From an uncultured delta proteobacterium (GTDB lineage: Bacteria; Desulfobacterota; Desulfomonilia; UBA1062), in assembly GCA_963798485.1 (NCBI GenBank), contig CAWCTR010000004.1, positions 381,801 through 445,800 of the forward strand: 64,000 nucleotides of DNA, given 5' to 3'. The position numbers and the translations under genes are program-made. The notes below the pieces were generated by a model that was not told the DNA's origin, did not search any database, and was given only the letters and a program-made list of their open reading frames with translations. Positions 8,980 to 18,183 of the stretch are shown here, piece after piece; position 1 is the first letter of the stretch, and each line of letters opens with the position of its first letter.

Positions 8980-11913
8980 TCAGATATCCCTGATGGCTTC
9001 TCCGACCTTCAGGGCAAAATCGTTCATACTGAAAGGCTTCTGGATAAAGTGCACCCCGTGCTCCAGCACACCGTGATGGACAATGACGTTTGCCGTATAT
9101 CCGGACATGAAGAGGATCTTCATATCAGGCAGCATAGCCTTAATGCTGTCCCTTAACTCCCTGCCGCTCATCCCCGGCATCACCACATCGGTTATTACGA
9201 GGTCGATGGGGGTATCCCTCTTTTCGCATAAGGCAAGGGCCTCCAGAGGGTTCCCTGTAGATAAGACCGTATACCCTAATGTTTCAAGCATATCTATTGT
9301 CATCTTGCGCACCATATCGTCGTCTTCCACCAAAAGAATCATTCCGGAACCGGAGGCCACCTGGGTTTCATTGTCCTGTTCAAGAATCTCCACTCCTTCC
9401 ATGCTTCGGGCGAGATAGATCTTGAACATGGTCCCTTGACCGGGTTCACTGTAGACATTAATGAAACCATTGTTCTGCTTGACGATCCCGTACACCATGG
9501 CAAGCCCAAGCCCCGTTCCCTTGCCGGTCTCTTTCGTGGTGAAGAAGGGCTCAAAGATATATTTTAGGGTTTCCCTATCCATTCCCGCACCATCGTCGCT
9601 TATCCCCAACAGGACATAGTAGCCGGGGGTGAACCCGAGATGATCCCGGCAATAGGCCTGATTCAGATGGATATTCGCCGTTTCTATGGTCAGCTTGCCC
9701 CCATTCGGCATGGCATCCCGGGCATTGACGACGAGATTGACAAGGATCTGTTCAATCTGTGAGGGGTCAGCCTTGATCTTCCAGAGATCTTCTCCGGGAT
9801 AAAAACGCAGGTCGATATCCTCGCCGATAAGGCGGGCAAACGTATTTTGATCACTCGTGATCAGGTCATTCAAATCCATAAGCCTTGGCTCAATGATCTG
9901 TTTTCTGGAGAATGCCAGGAGCTGGGCAGTGATGTCCCTGGATCTGCTGGCTGCCCTTTCGATCTGCACGATATCCTGTAACAGGGGGTCTTCTGCGGAA
10001 AGACGATTTTTAATCAATTCAGCATATCCGAGAATGACGCCCAGCATATTGTTAAAATCGTGAGCCACACCGCCTGCCAGGCGACCGATGGACTCCATCT
10101 TCTGAGCCTGAAGCAGTTGTCCCTCCAGCTTGGCCCTCTCCTCCTGGGCCCTCTTGCGCTCAGTGATGTCCCTGGCTACCCCCAGGACCTCAGTGGCATG
10201 GCCGGTTTCATCCCGGTTAAAGGTGGCCGTAACCTCTACCCAGACAGTGCCTCCGTCTTTGTGGAATACCTCCAACTCGAACGTTATTGACCTGTCCCTC
10301 TCGATAGGTTCCATGCTGCTTTCCCTGGCCAACTCCTCCGACAAAACCTGCTCCACCAGGGCATATGATGCGGGTGTCAGTTGCTCCTTGAGGGACATGT
10401 TCCGTATTTCTTCAGCGGTATAACCGGTGATCCGTGCGATGGACGGGCTCATATAGGTGTAGTACATCCCGAGATCCATGGTATAGATGGCATCGCGCAT
10501 ATTCTCTGCGATCATCCGGTAGCGTCTCTCGCTCTCCTCGATGGCCTTCTCCGCATTGATCCTCTCCGTGACATCTCTCCCTACGCCCCAGAACCCGATA
10601 GGCTCCCCGGATAAAGAGCGCAGAAGCGAGATGGACATCTCAATTATTCTCTTAGTCCCATCCTTTCTGATAATCTCATGATCGACGACATACAGTGGTT
10701 TGCCTGTGCGATAAATCTCGTTAAAAAGCCGGTACACCCTCTTTGCTGCCTCAGGAGAGGTATAGGCCCTGTAGTTCATACCCATGAGTTCTTGGCGTGA
10801 ATACCCATGATCTTCACACAAGGCCTCGTTGAAAAAGGTGTAGTTGCCCCTCAGATCCAGTTCAAAGTATGACTCCACCATGTTCTCTAATATAGTGCGG
10901 TGCTTCTCCTCGCTCTCACGCAATGCCTGTTCCGCCTGCTTGCGCTCGGTAATGTCGCGAACCACCCCCCTGAAGCCCGCCGGATTGCCCCACGCATCAC
11001 GCAGCAAGATCACCGAGGATTCCACGGCGATCTTCTCTCCATACTTGTTGATAACCTCCCAGTCGAATCCCTTGATGGTCTCGCCGCTATTGAATACATG
11101 CCGGAAAACCTCAAAGACCTTTTCCCCATTCTCTTTGTCCACAAACTGCCGGAAGCTCATGCCCATGACCTCTTCATTGGTATAACCGAGCCTCTTGACC
11201 GCTGTGGTATTGAAGAACGTCATTTTCCCAGTGAGGTCTACCTCGAAATATGCCTCCTCCATACTATCCAGGATGTTTCTATAGCGTTCCTCCCTCTTGC
11301 TGAGGTCGACCTCTGCCTTTCTGTGCTCGGTTACATCCCTGGCCAAGGCCCGGAACCCCACCGGGTTTCCCGAGGGACCGCGTAAGAGGGCGGCACTCAA
11401 CTCATGAATTCGTACTGACCCGTCCTTTTTGATCACCTCATAATCAATCATGCGTTCAGATATCCCGGTTTCGTAAATCCTATGGAACACTTCGAACATC
11501 TGTTGCGCCGTTTCAGAAGAGGTGTACCGGCGGTAATGCATCCCGATCATTTCATCATGATCATATCCCATCATCTTGCAGGCAGCCTCGTTTAAAAACA
11601 TTACTTTGCCCTTGAGATCGATCTCGAAATACCCCTCTTCGATACTATCGAGGATCCCTCCGTACCTCTCTTCGCTCAGACGCAGCGCTTCCTCGGCCAG
11701 CTTTCGCTGGGTAATGTGCTGTGTTTGCTCTTGCTCATTGAGTCCGCTTGGAGGCTTTGTGGGATTCAACATCTTGTTGATTGCATCAGCGAGTAAGTCG
11801 ATCTCATCATTCTTTCCTGAGACATCAAGCTTTATCGAATAATCGCCTGCCACAGCCTTCATGACTACATCAATCATCGTATTGATACGGTCCTTTTTTG
11901 ATTTTCCAGCCAT
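8980..11913 (-). CDS. Multi-PAS hybrid sensor histidine kinase/response regulator
   Basis: Four PAS/PAC repeats, AHDFNN H-box, NARDAM, GTGLGL, C-terminal receiver (DVVMP...KPF). Confidence 0.92.
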   Translation of the reverse strand: MAGKSKKDRINTMIDVVMKAVAGDYSIKLDVSGKNDEIDLLADAINKMLNPTKPPSGLNEQEQTQHITQRKLAEEALRLSEERYGGILDSIEEGYFEIDLKGKVMFLNEAACKMMGYDHDEMIGMHYRRYTSSETAQQMFEVFHRIYETGISERMIDYEVIKKDGSVRIHELSAALLRGPSGNPVGFRALARDVTEHRKAEVDLSKREERYRNILDSMEEAYFEVDLTGKMTFFNTTAVKRLGYTNEEVMGMSFRQFVDKENGEKVFEVFRHVFNSGETIKGFDWEVINKYGEKIAVESSVILLRDAWGNPAGFRGVVRDITERKQAEQALRESEEKHRTILENMVESYFELDLRGNYTFFNEALCEDHGYSRQELMGMNYRAYTSPEAAKRVYRLFNEIYRTGKPLYVVDHEIIRKDGTKRIIEMSISLLRSLSGEPIGFWGVGRDVTERINAEKAIEESERRYRMIAENMRDAIYTMDLGMYYTYMSPSIARITGYTAEEIRNMSLKEQLTPASYALVEQVLSEELARESSMEPIERDRSITFELEVFHKDGGTVWVEVTATFNRDETGHATEVLGVARDITERKRAQEERAKLEGQLLQAQKMESIGRLAGGVAHDFNNMLGVILGYAELIKNRLSAEDPLLQDIVQIERAASRSRDITAQLLAFSRKQIIEPRLMDLNDLITSDQNTFARLIGEDIDLRFYPGEDLWKIKADPSQIEQILVNLVVNARDAMPNGGKLTIETANIHLNQAYCRDHLGFTPGYYVLLGISDDGAGMDRETLKYIFEPFFTTKETGKGTGLGLAMVYGIVKQNNGFINVYSEPGQGTMFKIYLARSMEGVEILEQDNETQVASGSGMILLVEDDDMVRKMTIDMLETLGYTVLSTGNPLEALALCEKRDTPIDLVITDVVMPGMSGRELRDSIKAMLPDMKILFMSGYTANVIVHHGVLEHGVHFIQKPFSMNDFALKVGEAIRDI

Positions 11914-12020
11914 AGGTATTGCCCCCGATTACCCTATAGGAATTATTCTGTACACTATATACACACAAAGATGAATAACACCTTCATTTCTTGCGATGCG
12001 CTCCGATATCCGGTTTAACG

Positions 12021-12051
12021 AAAAAGGGCGAGCCATGAAAGCCCGCCCTTT
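12021..12051 (-). terminator. Intrinsic terminator of the candidate ncRNA
   Basis: Minus strand AAAGGGCGGGC-tttcatg-GCTCGCCCTTT-TT; the single imperfect pair is G-U only on the minus strand. Confidence 0.75.
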
Positions 12052-12121
12052 GCGAATGCGTAAAGTATTGGTCGGCTGGCTGGGGTGTAAAGGTCATTCA
12101 GTCAAACAGGGTCATGAGATT

Positions 12122-12211
12122 TTGCCCTGCGCGGCCCTACCACGCCTTGCACTATCGTGCCTCACCACGCCACGACTTGTCTTGCCCAGCCTTAACGCGT
12201 CGGACCAAACC
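12122..12211 (-). repeat. 18-unit GGY-NN pentamer array
   Basis: GGTTT GGTCC GACGC GTTAA GGCTG GGCAA GACAA GTCGT GGCGT GGTGA GGCAC GATAG TGCAA GGCGT GGTAG GGCCG CGCAG GGCAA; 11/18 exact GGY, 7 single-substitution variants, pyrimidine at position 3 in 18/18. Confidence 0.85.
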
Positions 12212-12237
12212 ACGGTCTTTACGCATCCGTATGTTGA

Positions 12238-12265
12238 ATAGTAATTCCGACAAGGGCATTGTCAA
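12238..12265 (-). promoter_or_regulatory. Sigma70-type promoter driving the candidate ncRNA
   Basis: TTGACA (12260-12265), 16-nt spacer, TACTAT (12238-12243); predicted TSS ~12230 at the base of the closing stem. Confidence 0.7.
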
Positions 12266-12381
12266 TAGACAAAACAAATATTTTTTCCTTAGTGTTCTTG
12301 GTAAGATAAGGACTGAAACCTCGAATAAGAATATTCAGGGTCTGGACTTCTCCCTTATGATTCTGTTAAAATGGCATCATA

Positions 12382-13884
12382 ATGATGGCGAGCGTGCAAT
12401 CAGCCACCCTGTGGGGGACTGATGCGCTTGGTGTTGTAGTTGAAGCTGACATACAGGGAGGTCTGCCGAGCATATCCATCGTAGGTCTGCCCGACAGCGC
12501 GGTCAAGGAGAGCAGAGAACGGGTCAGATCGGCCATTCTCAATTCAGGCCTCGACTTTCCACCCAGGCGCATCACCGTTAACCTTGCCCCTGCGGATGTG
12601 AGAAAGGAAGGAGGTACCTTCGACCTCCCCGTATCCGTGGCCATCCTGGCTGCTTTGGGCCTGGTACCAAGGGAAATTCTGGGCACCTATCTCATTATGG
12701 GTGAGCTTGGTCTTGACGGCAGCGTCAGGTCCGTGCGCGGTGTGATCTCGGCTGCTTTTCTCACCAGGCGCATGGGGCTCAAAGGCATCATCTGCCCGGC
12801 CGCCAACGCCCACGAGGCACAACTTGCAGAGGTTGAAGTCCTGCCCGTGAAAAGCCTCAAAGAGGCCTTTGCAATCCTGAGGGGTTCCGAGATCGCCCCG
12901 TGGAAGGCACCACAGACAGAAATCAAGCCACAAGACTCTGTGCGACTCGATCTTTCAGAGATAAGGGGACAGGCCCTTGCCAAACGCGCCCTGGAGATTG
13001 CCGCTGCAGGCGGTCATAACCTCCTCATGGTCGGTCCTCCAGGCGCAGGCAAGTCCATGCTGGCAAAGCGCTTGCCGACCATCCTGCCGCCTCTGACCAA
13101 AGAGGAGATCCTGGAGTGTACCTCCATCTATTCTGCTGCGGGCAAGCTCAGGAGAAACACCATCGTAAGCATCCGACCCTTCAGGGCGCCTCACCATACC
13201 ATTTCGGATGCAGGGCTCATCGGCGGAGGAACCATACCGACTCCAGGCGAGGTGAGCCTTGCACATAACGGTGTCCTCTTCCTTGACGAGCTGCTTGAGT
13301 TCAGACGAAGCGCCTTGGAGTCAATGCGTCAACCTTTGGAGGACGGACACGTAACCGTCTCAAGGGCGAACTTCTCATTCACCTTTAGAACGAGTTTCCA
13401 GCTCGTGACCGCCTTGAACCCCTGCCCGTGCGGATATCTTGGACACCCGGCACGGGAATGCAGGTGCCCGCCGCTCTTGGTAACAAAATACCGCTCACGC
13501 CTTTCCGGGCCTCTCATAGACCGCATCGACCTCCATGTCTGGGTGGATCCTGTGGACGCAGAGAACGTGCTGGCCCCCAAGGACAAGCCCTCGTCCGGAC
13601 TCGTGCGCGAGCGGGTTATGGCGGCGCGTTCTACCCAGATGAACAGAGGGTGCCTGAATGCAAAGACACCTGATAACCGTCTCGAAGAGAACTGCAAAAT
13701 CGACCAAACATCAAAAGGGCTCCTCATCGCCGCCATGAAGAGATATAACCTGAGTATGAGGGGATTCACCCGGGTCATCAAGGTGGCCCGGACCATCGCC
13801 GACCTTCAGGGGTGCCCTGACATCCGGGGTGAGCACATTGCAGAGGCGCTTCAGTTCAGGCCTGAATTGGGACGGGGCACGTAG
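12382..13884 (+). CDS. comM: YifB/ComM Mg-chelatase-like AAA+ ATPase
   Basis: IVGLPDSAVKESRERV, GPPGAGKS, PFRAPHH, LFLDE, NPCPCG. Confidence 0.93.
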   Translation: MMASVQSATLWGTDALGVVVEADIQGGLPSISIVGLPDSAVKESRERVRSAILNSGLDFPPRRITVNLAPADVRKEGGTFDLPVSVAILAALGLVPREILGTYLIMGELGLDGSVRSVRGVISAAFLTRRMGLKGIICPAANAHEAQLAEVEVLPVKSLKEAFAILRGSEIAPWKAPQTEIKPQDSVRLDLSEIRGQALAKRALEIAAAGGHNLLMVGPPGAGKSMLAKRLPTILPPLTKEEILECTSIYSAAGKLRRNTIVSIRPFRAPHHTISDAGLIGGGTIPTPGEVSLAHNGVLFLDELLEFRRSALESMRQPLEDGHVTVSRANFSFTFRTSFQLVTALNPCPCGYLGHPARECRCPPLLVTKYRSRLSGPLIDRIDLHVWVDPVDAENVLAPKDKPSSGLVRERVMAARSTQMNRGCLNAKTPDNRLEENCKIDQTSKGLLIAAMKRYNLSMRGFTRVIKVARTIADLQGCPDIRGEHIAEALQFRPELGRGT

Positions 13885-13974
13885 GGGACACCGAAGGGAC
13901 TTTTCGCAATCTTCTCACCCCGAAGAATCTCAGGAAAGGCGGCGAGTATCCTAAAAGGAGTTGTTGCCGGCGCT

Positions 13975-14916
13975 CTACAGGAACAGTTCGCTCACCGACG
14001 AGCATGTATAGGTACGCTTAATGGCCTCGGCCAGCAAAGGAGCCACGCTCAGCACCGTAATCTTGCCGCATGCTATAGCGTCGTCTTTCAACAAGATGGT
14101 GTCGGTGACGATGAGGTCTTCTATGGCGGAATTGCTGATACGGCTGATGGCCGGGCCTGAAAGTACGGCATGCGAGCAACATGCCACGACCTTCCTGGCC
14201 CCGGCATCCATGAGGGCTGTCGCGCCATTGGTCAACGTACCTGCGGTGTCCACGATGTCGTCCACAATGAGGCATATCTTGCCGGTTACATCACCGATGA
14301 TGTGCATCACATTGGATTCGTTGGCCCGCTCTCGTCTTTTATCAATAATGGCAAGCTCGCCCTTGAGCGGTTTGGCATAGGCCCTGGCCCTCTCCACACC
14401 CCCGGCATCAGGCGCCACGATACACAGGTCATTAGGATACTTGTCACGGATATGGCCCAGCATAACGGGTTTGGCATAGAGATTATCAACCGGGATATCG
14501 AAAAAACCCTGGATCTGGCCTGCATGGAGATCCAAGGTAAGCACCCTGTCTGCACCCGAAACGGTCAGCAGGTTGGCAACAAGCTTTGCCGTAATAGGGG
14601 CCCTGGGCGATGCCTTTCGGTCCTGCCTGGCATATCCGAAGTAAGGGATGACGGCCGTGACCCGCTTGGCGGATGCACGCTTGGTGGCATCAAGCATCAC
14701 CAGGAGCTCCATGAGATGCTCGTTCGTGGGTGAGCAGGTGGACTGAACGATAAAGATGTCCTTTCCGCGGATACTCTCATGGATATCCACCGAGGTCTCT
14801 CCATCGGAAAATCGTTTTACATCTCCGCGGCCGAGCTCAAGGCCAAGGATGCTACAGATGCTTTCGGTCAATGGCCGGTTGGAGTTCCCTGTCAGGACAC
14901 AGATGCTTGAGTTCAT
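13975..14916 (-). CDS. prs: Ribose-phosphate pyrophosphokinase
   Basis: FSDGE, YFGYARQDRK, DLHAGQIQGFF, VDDIVDTAGT. Confidence 0.97.
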   Translation of the reverse strand: MNSSICVLTGNSNRPLTESICSILGLELGRGDVKRFSDGETSVDIHESIRGKDIFIVQSTCSPTNEHLMELLVMLDATKRASAKRVTAVIPYFGYARQDRKASPRAPITAKLVANLLTVSGADRVLTLDLHAGQIQGFFDIPVDNLYAKPVMLGHIRDKYPNDLCIVAPDAGGVERARAYAKPLKGELAIIDKRRERANESNVMHIIGDVTGKICLIVDDIVDTAGTLTNGATALMDAGARKVVACCSHAVLSGPAISRISNSAIEDLIVTDTILLKDDAIACGKITVLSVAPLLAEAIKRTYTCSSVSELFL

Positions 14917-15002
14917 ATTTCATTTCCCTCCTGGAGTATCACGGCACCGAAGGATATTCTTGTGCAAGCGACTTCACCAAGGCGGTCTCACATTACAGAA
15001 TA

Positions 15003-15076
15003 TGGCTGGGACGGGAGGATTCGAACCTCCATAACGAGATCCAAAATCTCGTGTCCTGCCATTAGACGACATCCCA
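15003..15076 (-). tRNA. tRNA-Gln (TTG)
   Basis: TGGGATGTCGTCTAATGGCAGGAC...CGAGA-TT-TTG-GA-TCTCG...GGTTCGAATCC...CCA; typical position upstream of prs. Confidence 0.95.
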
Positions 15077-15113
15077 GTACACAAAGCCATCCGGTTACCG
15101 GGACGGGACTATA

Positions 15114-15386
15114 TTAGAATTGTACTTCGTTGGCAATCTTTACTTTGTAGGACTCGAGTATGGACTTTTCAATCTTGTCCCTCGTTTCCATATTCAGGGG
15201 ATGCGCAGTGTCCCTAAAGGAGCCGTCTTTACGCTTCCTGGAAGGCATGGCTACGAATAAGCCCATTGTCCCGCTGATAACCCTCAAATCGCGGATGACA
15301 AAACAATCATCAAAGACAATTGAGGCATATGCCTTAAGCTTATCATTATCCTTGACCGGAAATACCTTAACCTCTGTAATCTCCAT
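15114..15386 (-). CDS. spoVG: SpoVG-family nucleic-acid-binding protein
   Basis: MEITEVKV...LKAYASIVFDDCFVI...GLFVAMPSRK...FRDTAHP. Confidence 0.93.
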   Translation of the reverse strand: MEITEVKVFPVKDNDKLKAYASIVFDDCFVIRDLRVISGTMGLFVAMPSRKRKDGSFRDTAHPLNMETRDKIEKSILESYKVKIANEVQF

Positions 15387-16230
15387 ATATATCCCCCGTC
15401 AATCTTGTTGTGGGTATATAGTTATACCCCTCATGCCGTGCAAGACGGCTCAATGCACTGCACAGATGAGCTTGTGATTCGTAAACACCAAAAACAGCCG
15501 AACCGCTCCCCGACATGCCGGCTTTCAGCGCCCCCGAACTGATAAGCTCTTCTTTTATTCTCGTAAGCTCGGGATAAATATTACAGGCCACAGGTTCAAG
15601 GTCATTTCTGACCCAAACCTCAGGCACAATACAGTGGTACCTAGTCTTCTCTATTTTAATTCTATCCTCGTCACGAGTCAATGGCAAGATGAATTTTGAA
15701 AAAATGGCGGCAGTAGCTATGCGCAATGGAGGTATAATAATAAGATATGCACGGTCCGTAAGCTCTACCTCTGATATGGGGACATCACCGCGCGAGCCCA
15801 TGAGCATGGGTTTTTGATAGAGGAAAAAGGGACAATCAGCGCCCAAGCTGCCTGCAAGACCTGCGAGTTCCTCTCTACCAAGCCCTGCTCCAAAGAGCCC
15901 GTTCATGCCAAGCAATACGCTTGACGCATCGCTGCTGCCTCCGCCCAAACCGGCACCAACAGGGATTCGCTTAACGACCCTTATCGTAACACCCTTTGCT
16001 ATGCCGGTTTTGTCAAAGAAGAGCCGTGCAGCACGGTATGCGAGATTGTCCTCATCAGGGCAATCGCACCCCGGCGCATCAAGGGTGATCCCTAAAGGGG
16101 CAGCCTCAATAAAGATCTCATCTCCAAATTCAAGCGGCACCATGATGGTACGCAGTTCATGGTAACCGTCCAGCCTCTTCCCGACCACCTCAAGGTAGAT
16201 GTTTATCTTGGCCGGCGCTAAGATCTTCAC
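15367..16230 (-). CDS. ispE: 4-diphosphocytidyl-2-C-methyl-D-erythritol kinase
   Basis: APAKIN, GYHEL, IPVGAGLGGGSSDA, MSGSGS. Confidence 0.95.
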   Translation of the reverse strand: MKILAPAKINIYLEVVGKRLDGYHELRTIMVPLEFGDEIFIEAAPLGITLDAPGCDCPDEDNLAYRAARLFFDKTGIAKGVTIRVVKRIPVGAGLGGGSSDASSVLLGMNGLFGAGLGREELAGLAGSLGADCPFFLYQKPMLMGSRGDVPISEVELTDRAYLIIIPPLRIATAAIFSKFILPLTRDEDRIKIEKTRYHCIVPEVWVRNDLEPVACNIYPELTRIKEELISSGALKAGMSGSGSAVFGVYESQAHLCSALSRLARHEGYNYIPTTRLTGDIYGDYRG

Positions 16231-17726
16231 GGAACGTCTACAGCCACATAGAGGGGTTTCGAACCCCTTACCACCAGCAGCAGCACGGTCCGGCCCTTCT
16301 TCTTGGCAGAGATGGCCGCAAGGTATTCCTCTGTGGAGTTCACCGCCTTACGATCAACCTCCCTGATAATGTCCATCTTCTGGATCTGGCCTTTCACAGC
16401 GATGCCCTTGGGGTCGATGTCGATCACGATCACACCACCGGGCTCCTGGATGTTTAATTCCCTCTGCGCCTCGGGTGTGATGTCCATAACCGTGAGTCCG
16501 AGCCTGTCCTTAAGCCCCTGGTCTTTATGCACAGGACCTTTGTCGAGCTTGGCCACATGCTCATCGACCCTCTTCTGCAGTCTTGTGGCAAGATCGATGG
16601 AACGGCCATCTCTCCAGACCGTAATTGCGATCTTTGCATCGGGTTTCAGGCTGCCGACCATCCTTGTGAGCGAGCGGGAATCGGTAACCTCCTGCGCGTT
16701 GATCTTGAGGATGATGTCACCGGCCTTTATCCCTGCCTTGTCAGCCGGGTCCCCGGCATAAACCGTTGTGACCATTGCGCCCTTGGCCTCTTTCAGTCCT
16801 ACGGCGCGTGCTATTTCAGGCGTAACTTCCTGGATTGCCACACCAAGCCACCCTCGCGCCACTTCTCCTTTATCCTTGAGCTCAGAGAGGATCTCCTTGG
16901 CCATGTTGATGGGTGTTGCAAATCCGATGCCCTGCCCGGATGCCACAATGGCAGTATTAATACCAATAACCTGCCCCTGCATGTTCAGCAGCGGACCGCC
17001 CGAGTTGCCTGGGTTGATGGCTGCGTCGGTCTGAATGAAATTGTCATAGGGACTGGCGCCGATGACCCGCGACTTGGCTGATACAATCCCCTGGGTGAGC
17101 GTATGGCCGAATCCGAAGGGATTGCCGATGGCGATGACCCATTCCCCTATCTCCAGGGCATCCGAGTCGCCAAGCACCGCCACCGGGAAGTCCTTGTCTT
17201 TCTGAGGCTCGATCTTGATGAGCGCGATATCGGTCTTATCATCAGTCCCAATCACCTTGGCCTTAAATTCTTCTTTGTTTGCCAGCGAGACAAAGATCTC
17301 GTCTGCTCCTGCGACCACATGATTATTGGTCAGCACGTATCCGTCTGCAGAGATAATGAAGCCGGATCCAAGGCTTCGCTGCTGGAGATCCTGCTCCGGC
17401 ATGTTGTTGAAGAACTTCTTGAAAAATTCATTGAACCATTCATCATAGCCTGGCGGCGGCTCAAACTTGCGATAGATGTCCTTATTCGCCAGATTCTTGG
17501 TGGTTCGTATGTTCACGACCGAGGGGGTGACCTCCTTGGCAAGTGCGGAAAAACCCGGCAAAGGGACCTTCATCGGGGTCGGTGCAGAGGCTTCTTTCCA
17601 GAAGGTTTTGGCCTCGCTCACTGAACCAACCCTCAGGGTGGAGGCAATAAACATCCCAACGAACGCCGAACATACCGCCACCATGAGCAGTATACCGTAG
17701 AATCCGAATTTTTTCTTGATTGTCAT
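16227..17726 (-). CDS. DegP/DegQ (Do) serine protease with two PDZ domains
   Basis: TNNHVV, DIALIK, QTDAAINPGNSGGPL. Confidence 0.95.
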   Translation of the reverse strand: MTIKKKFGFYGILLMVAVCSAFVGMFIASTLRVGSVSEAKTFWKEASAPTPMKVPLPGFSALAKEVTPSVVNIRTTKNLANKDIYRKFEPPPGYDEWFNEFFKKFFNNMPEQDLQQRSLGSGFIISADGYVLTNNHVVAGADEIFVSLANKEEFKAKVIGTDDKTDIALIKIEPQKDKDFPVAVLGDSDALEIGEWVIAIGNPFGFGHTLTQGIVSAKSRVIGASPYDNFIQTDAAINPGNSGGPLLNMQGQVIGINTAIVASGQGIGFATPINMAKEILSELKDKGEVARGWLGVAIQEVTPEIARAVGLKEAKGAMVTTVYAGDPADKAGIKAGDIILKINAQEVTDSRSLTRMVGSLKPDAKIAITVWRDGRSIDLATRLQKRVDEHVAKLDKGPVHKDQGLKDRLGLTVMDITPEAQRELNIQEPGGVIVIDIDPKGIAVKGQIQKMDIIREVDRKAVNSTEEYLAAISAKKKGRTVLLLVVRGSKPLYVAVDVP

Positions 17727-18118
17727 TTCTCATCCTTCAATGCGCTGATATAGCTCATCCGCAATTCGTAGAGTATTTGTTCTACCAGGCGTTCCTCATC
17801 TGCTGAGAGGTTCCCCCTGGTCTTTTCCTGCAAGAGGTGAATGATGTCGATGTTCTGATGGGCAAAAACGAAATTTTTCCGGACCGTGCCGGTTTCAGGG
17901 TCAGGCACTCTCCCCATGCTGACCAGGGCGGAACTGGCAAGGCTCATGATCAATGTTGTAAAATCAATGGCCTGGGCAGGCCCTATTGGGTCTTCCTCTT
18001 CCGGGGGTTGAGGATTAAACTCTTTGGTTTCTTTACCCTCTTGGGGTTCTTCCTTGTCGAGTCCTCTTTTATCCGTAAAGGTGTAACCTTTTATTCCCTC
18101 TTTCTTCTCTTCATCCAT
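17723..18118 (-). CDS. DUF1844-like protein
   Basis: F..LIMSL...MG..PDP...IDII..LQEKTRGNL..DE..L...LYELRM.Y. Confidence 0.75.
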   Translation of the reverse strand: MDEEKKEGIKGYTFTDKRGLDKEEPQEGKETKEFNPQPPEEEDPIGPAQAIDFTTLIMSLASSALVSMGRVPDPETGTVRKNFVFAHQNIDIIHLLQEKTRGNLSADEERLVEQILYELRMSYISALKDEK

Positions 18119-18183
18119 AGATTCACCCCCCCTATTAAAAACTACCCCGCCCTCTCTTAGAAAAGAACCTTATAAACCCATCT

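Larger units (their letters stand above)
12021..12230 (-). ncRNA. Candidate ~210-nt ncRNA carrying a GGY-NN pentamer array (vrRNA-like)
   Basis: Own promoter and terminator; 13-bp closing stem (12217-12229 with 12053-12065); 18 in-phase pentamers. Confidence 0.65.

Noticed and set aside
12122-12211. CRISPR array or simple microsatellite
   Set aside because: No 23-50 bp repeats with spacers; variation is concentrated in two fixed positions of each pentamer, unlike slippage decay
11996-12422. ORFs 11996-12241 and 12114-12422 (ALPRLALSCLTTPRLVLPSL)
   Set aside because: Their periodic composition is just the translation of the 5-nt array on the antisense strand; promoter, terminator and G-U pairs all favour a minus-strand RNA
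12382-13884. Mobile element integrated in comM
   Set aside because: comM is intact and no integrase or att repeat is visible
15003-15076. tRNA-Gln as an island integration site
   Set aside because: It sits in the conserved ispE-spoVG-tRNA-prs context with no duplicated 3' end seen in the window
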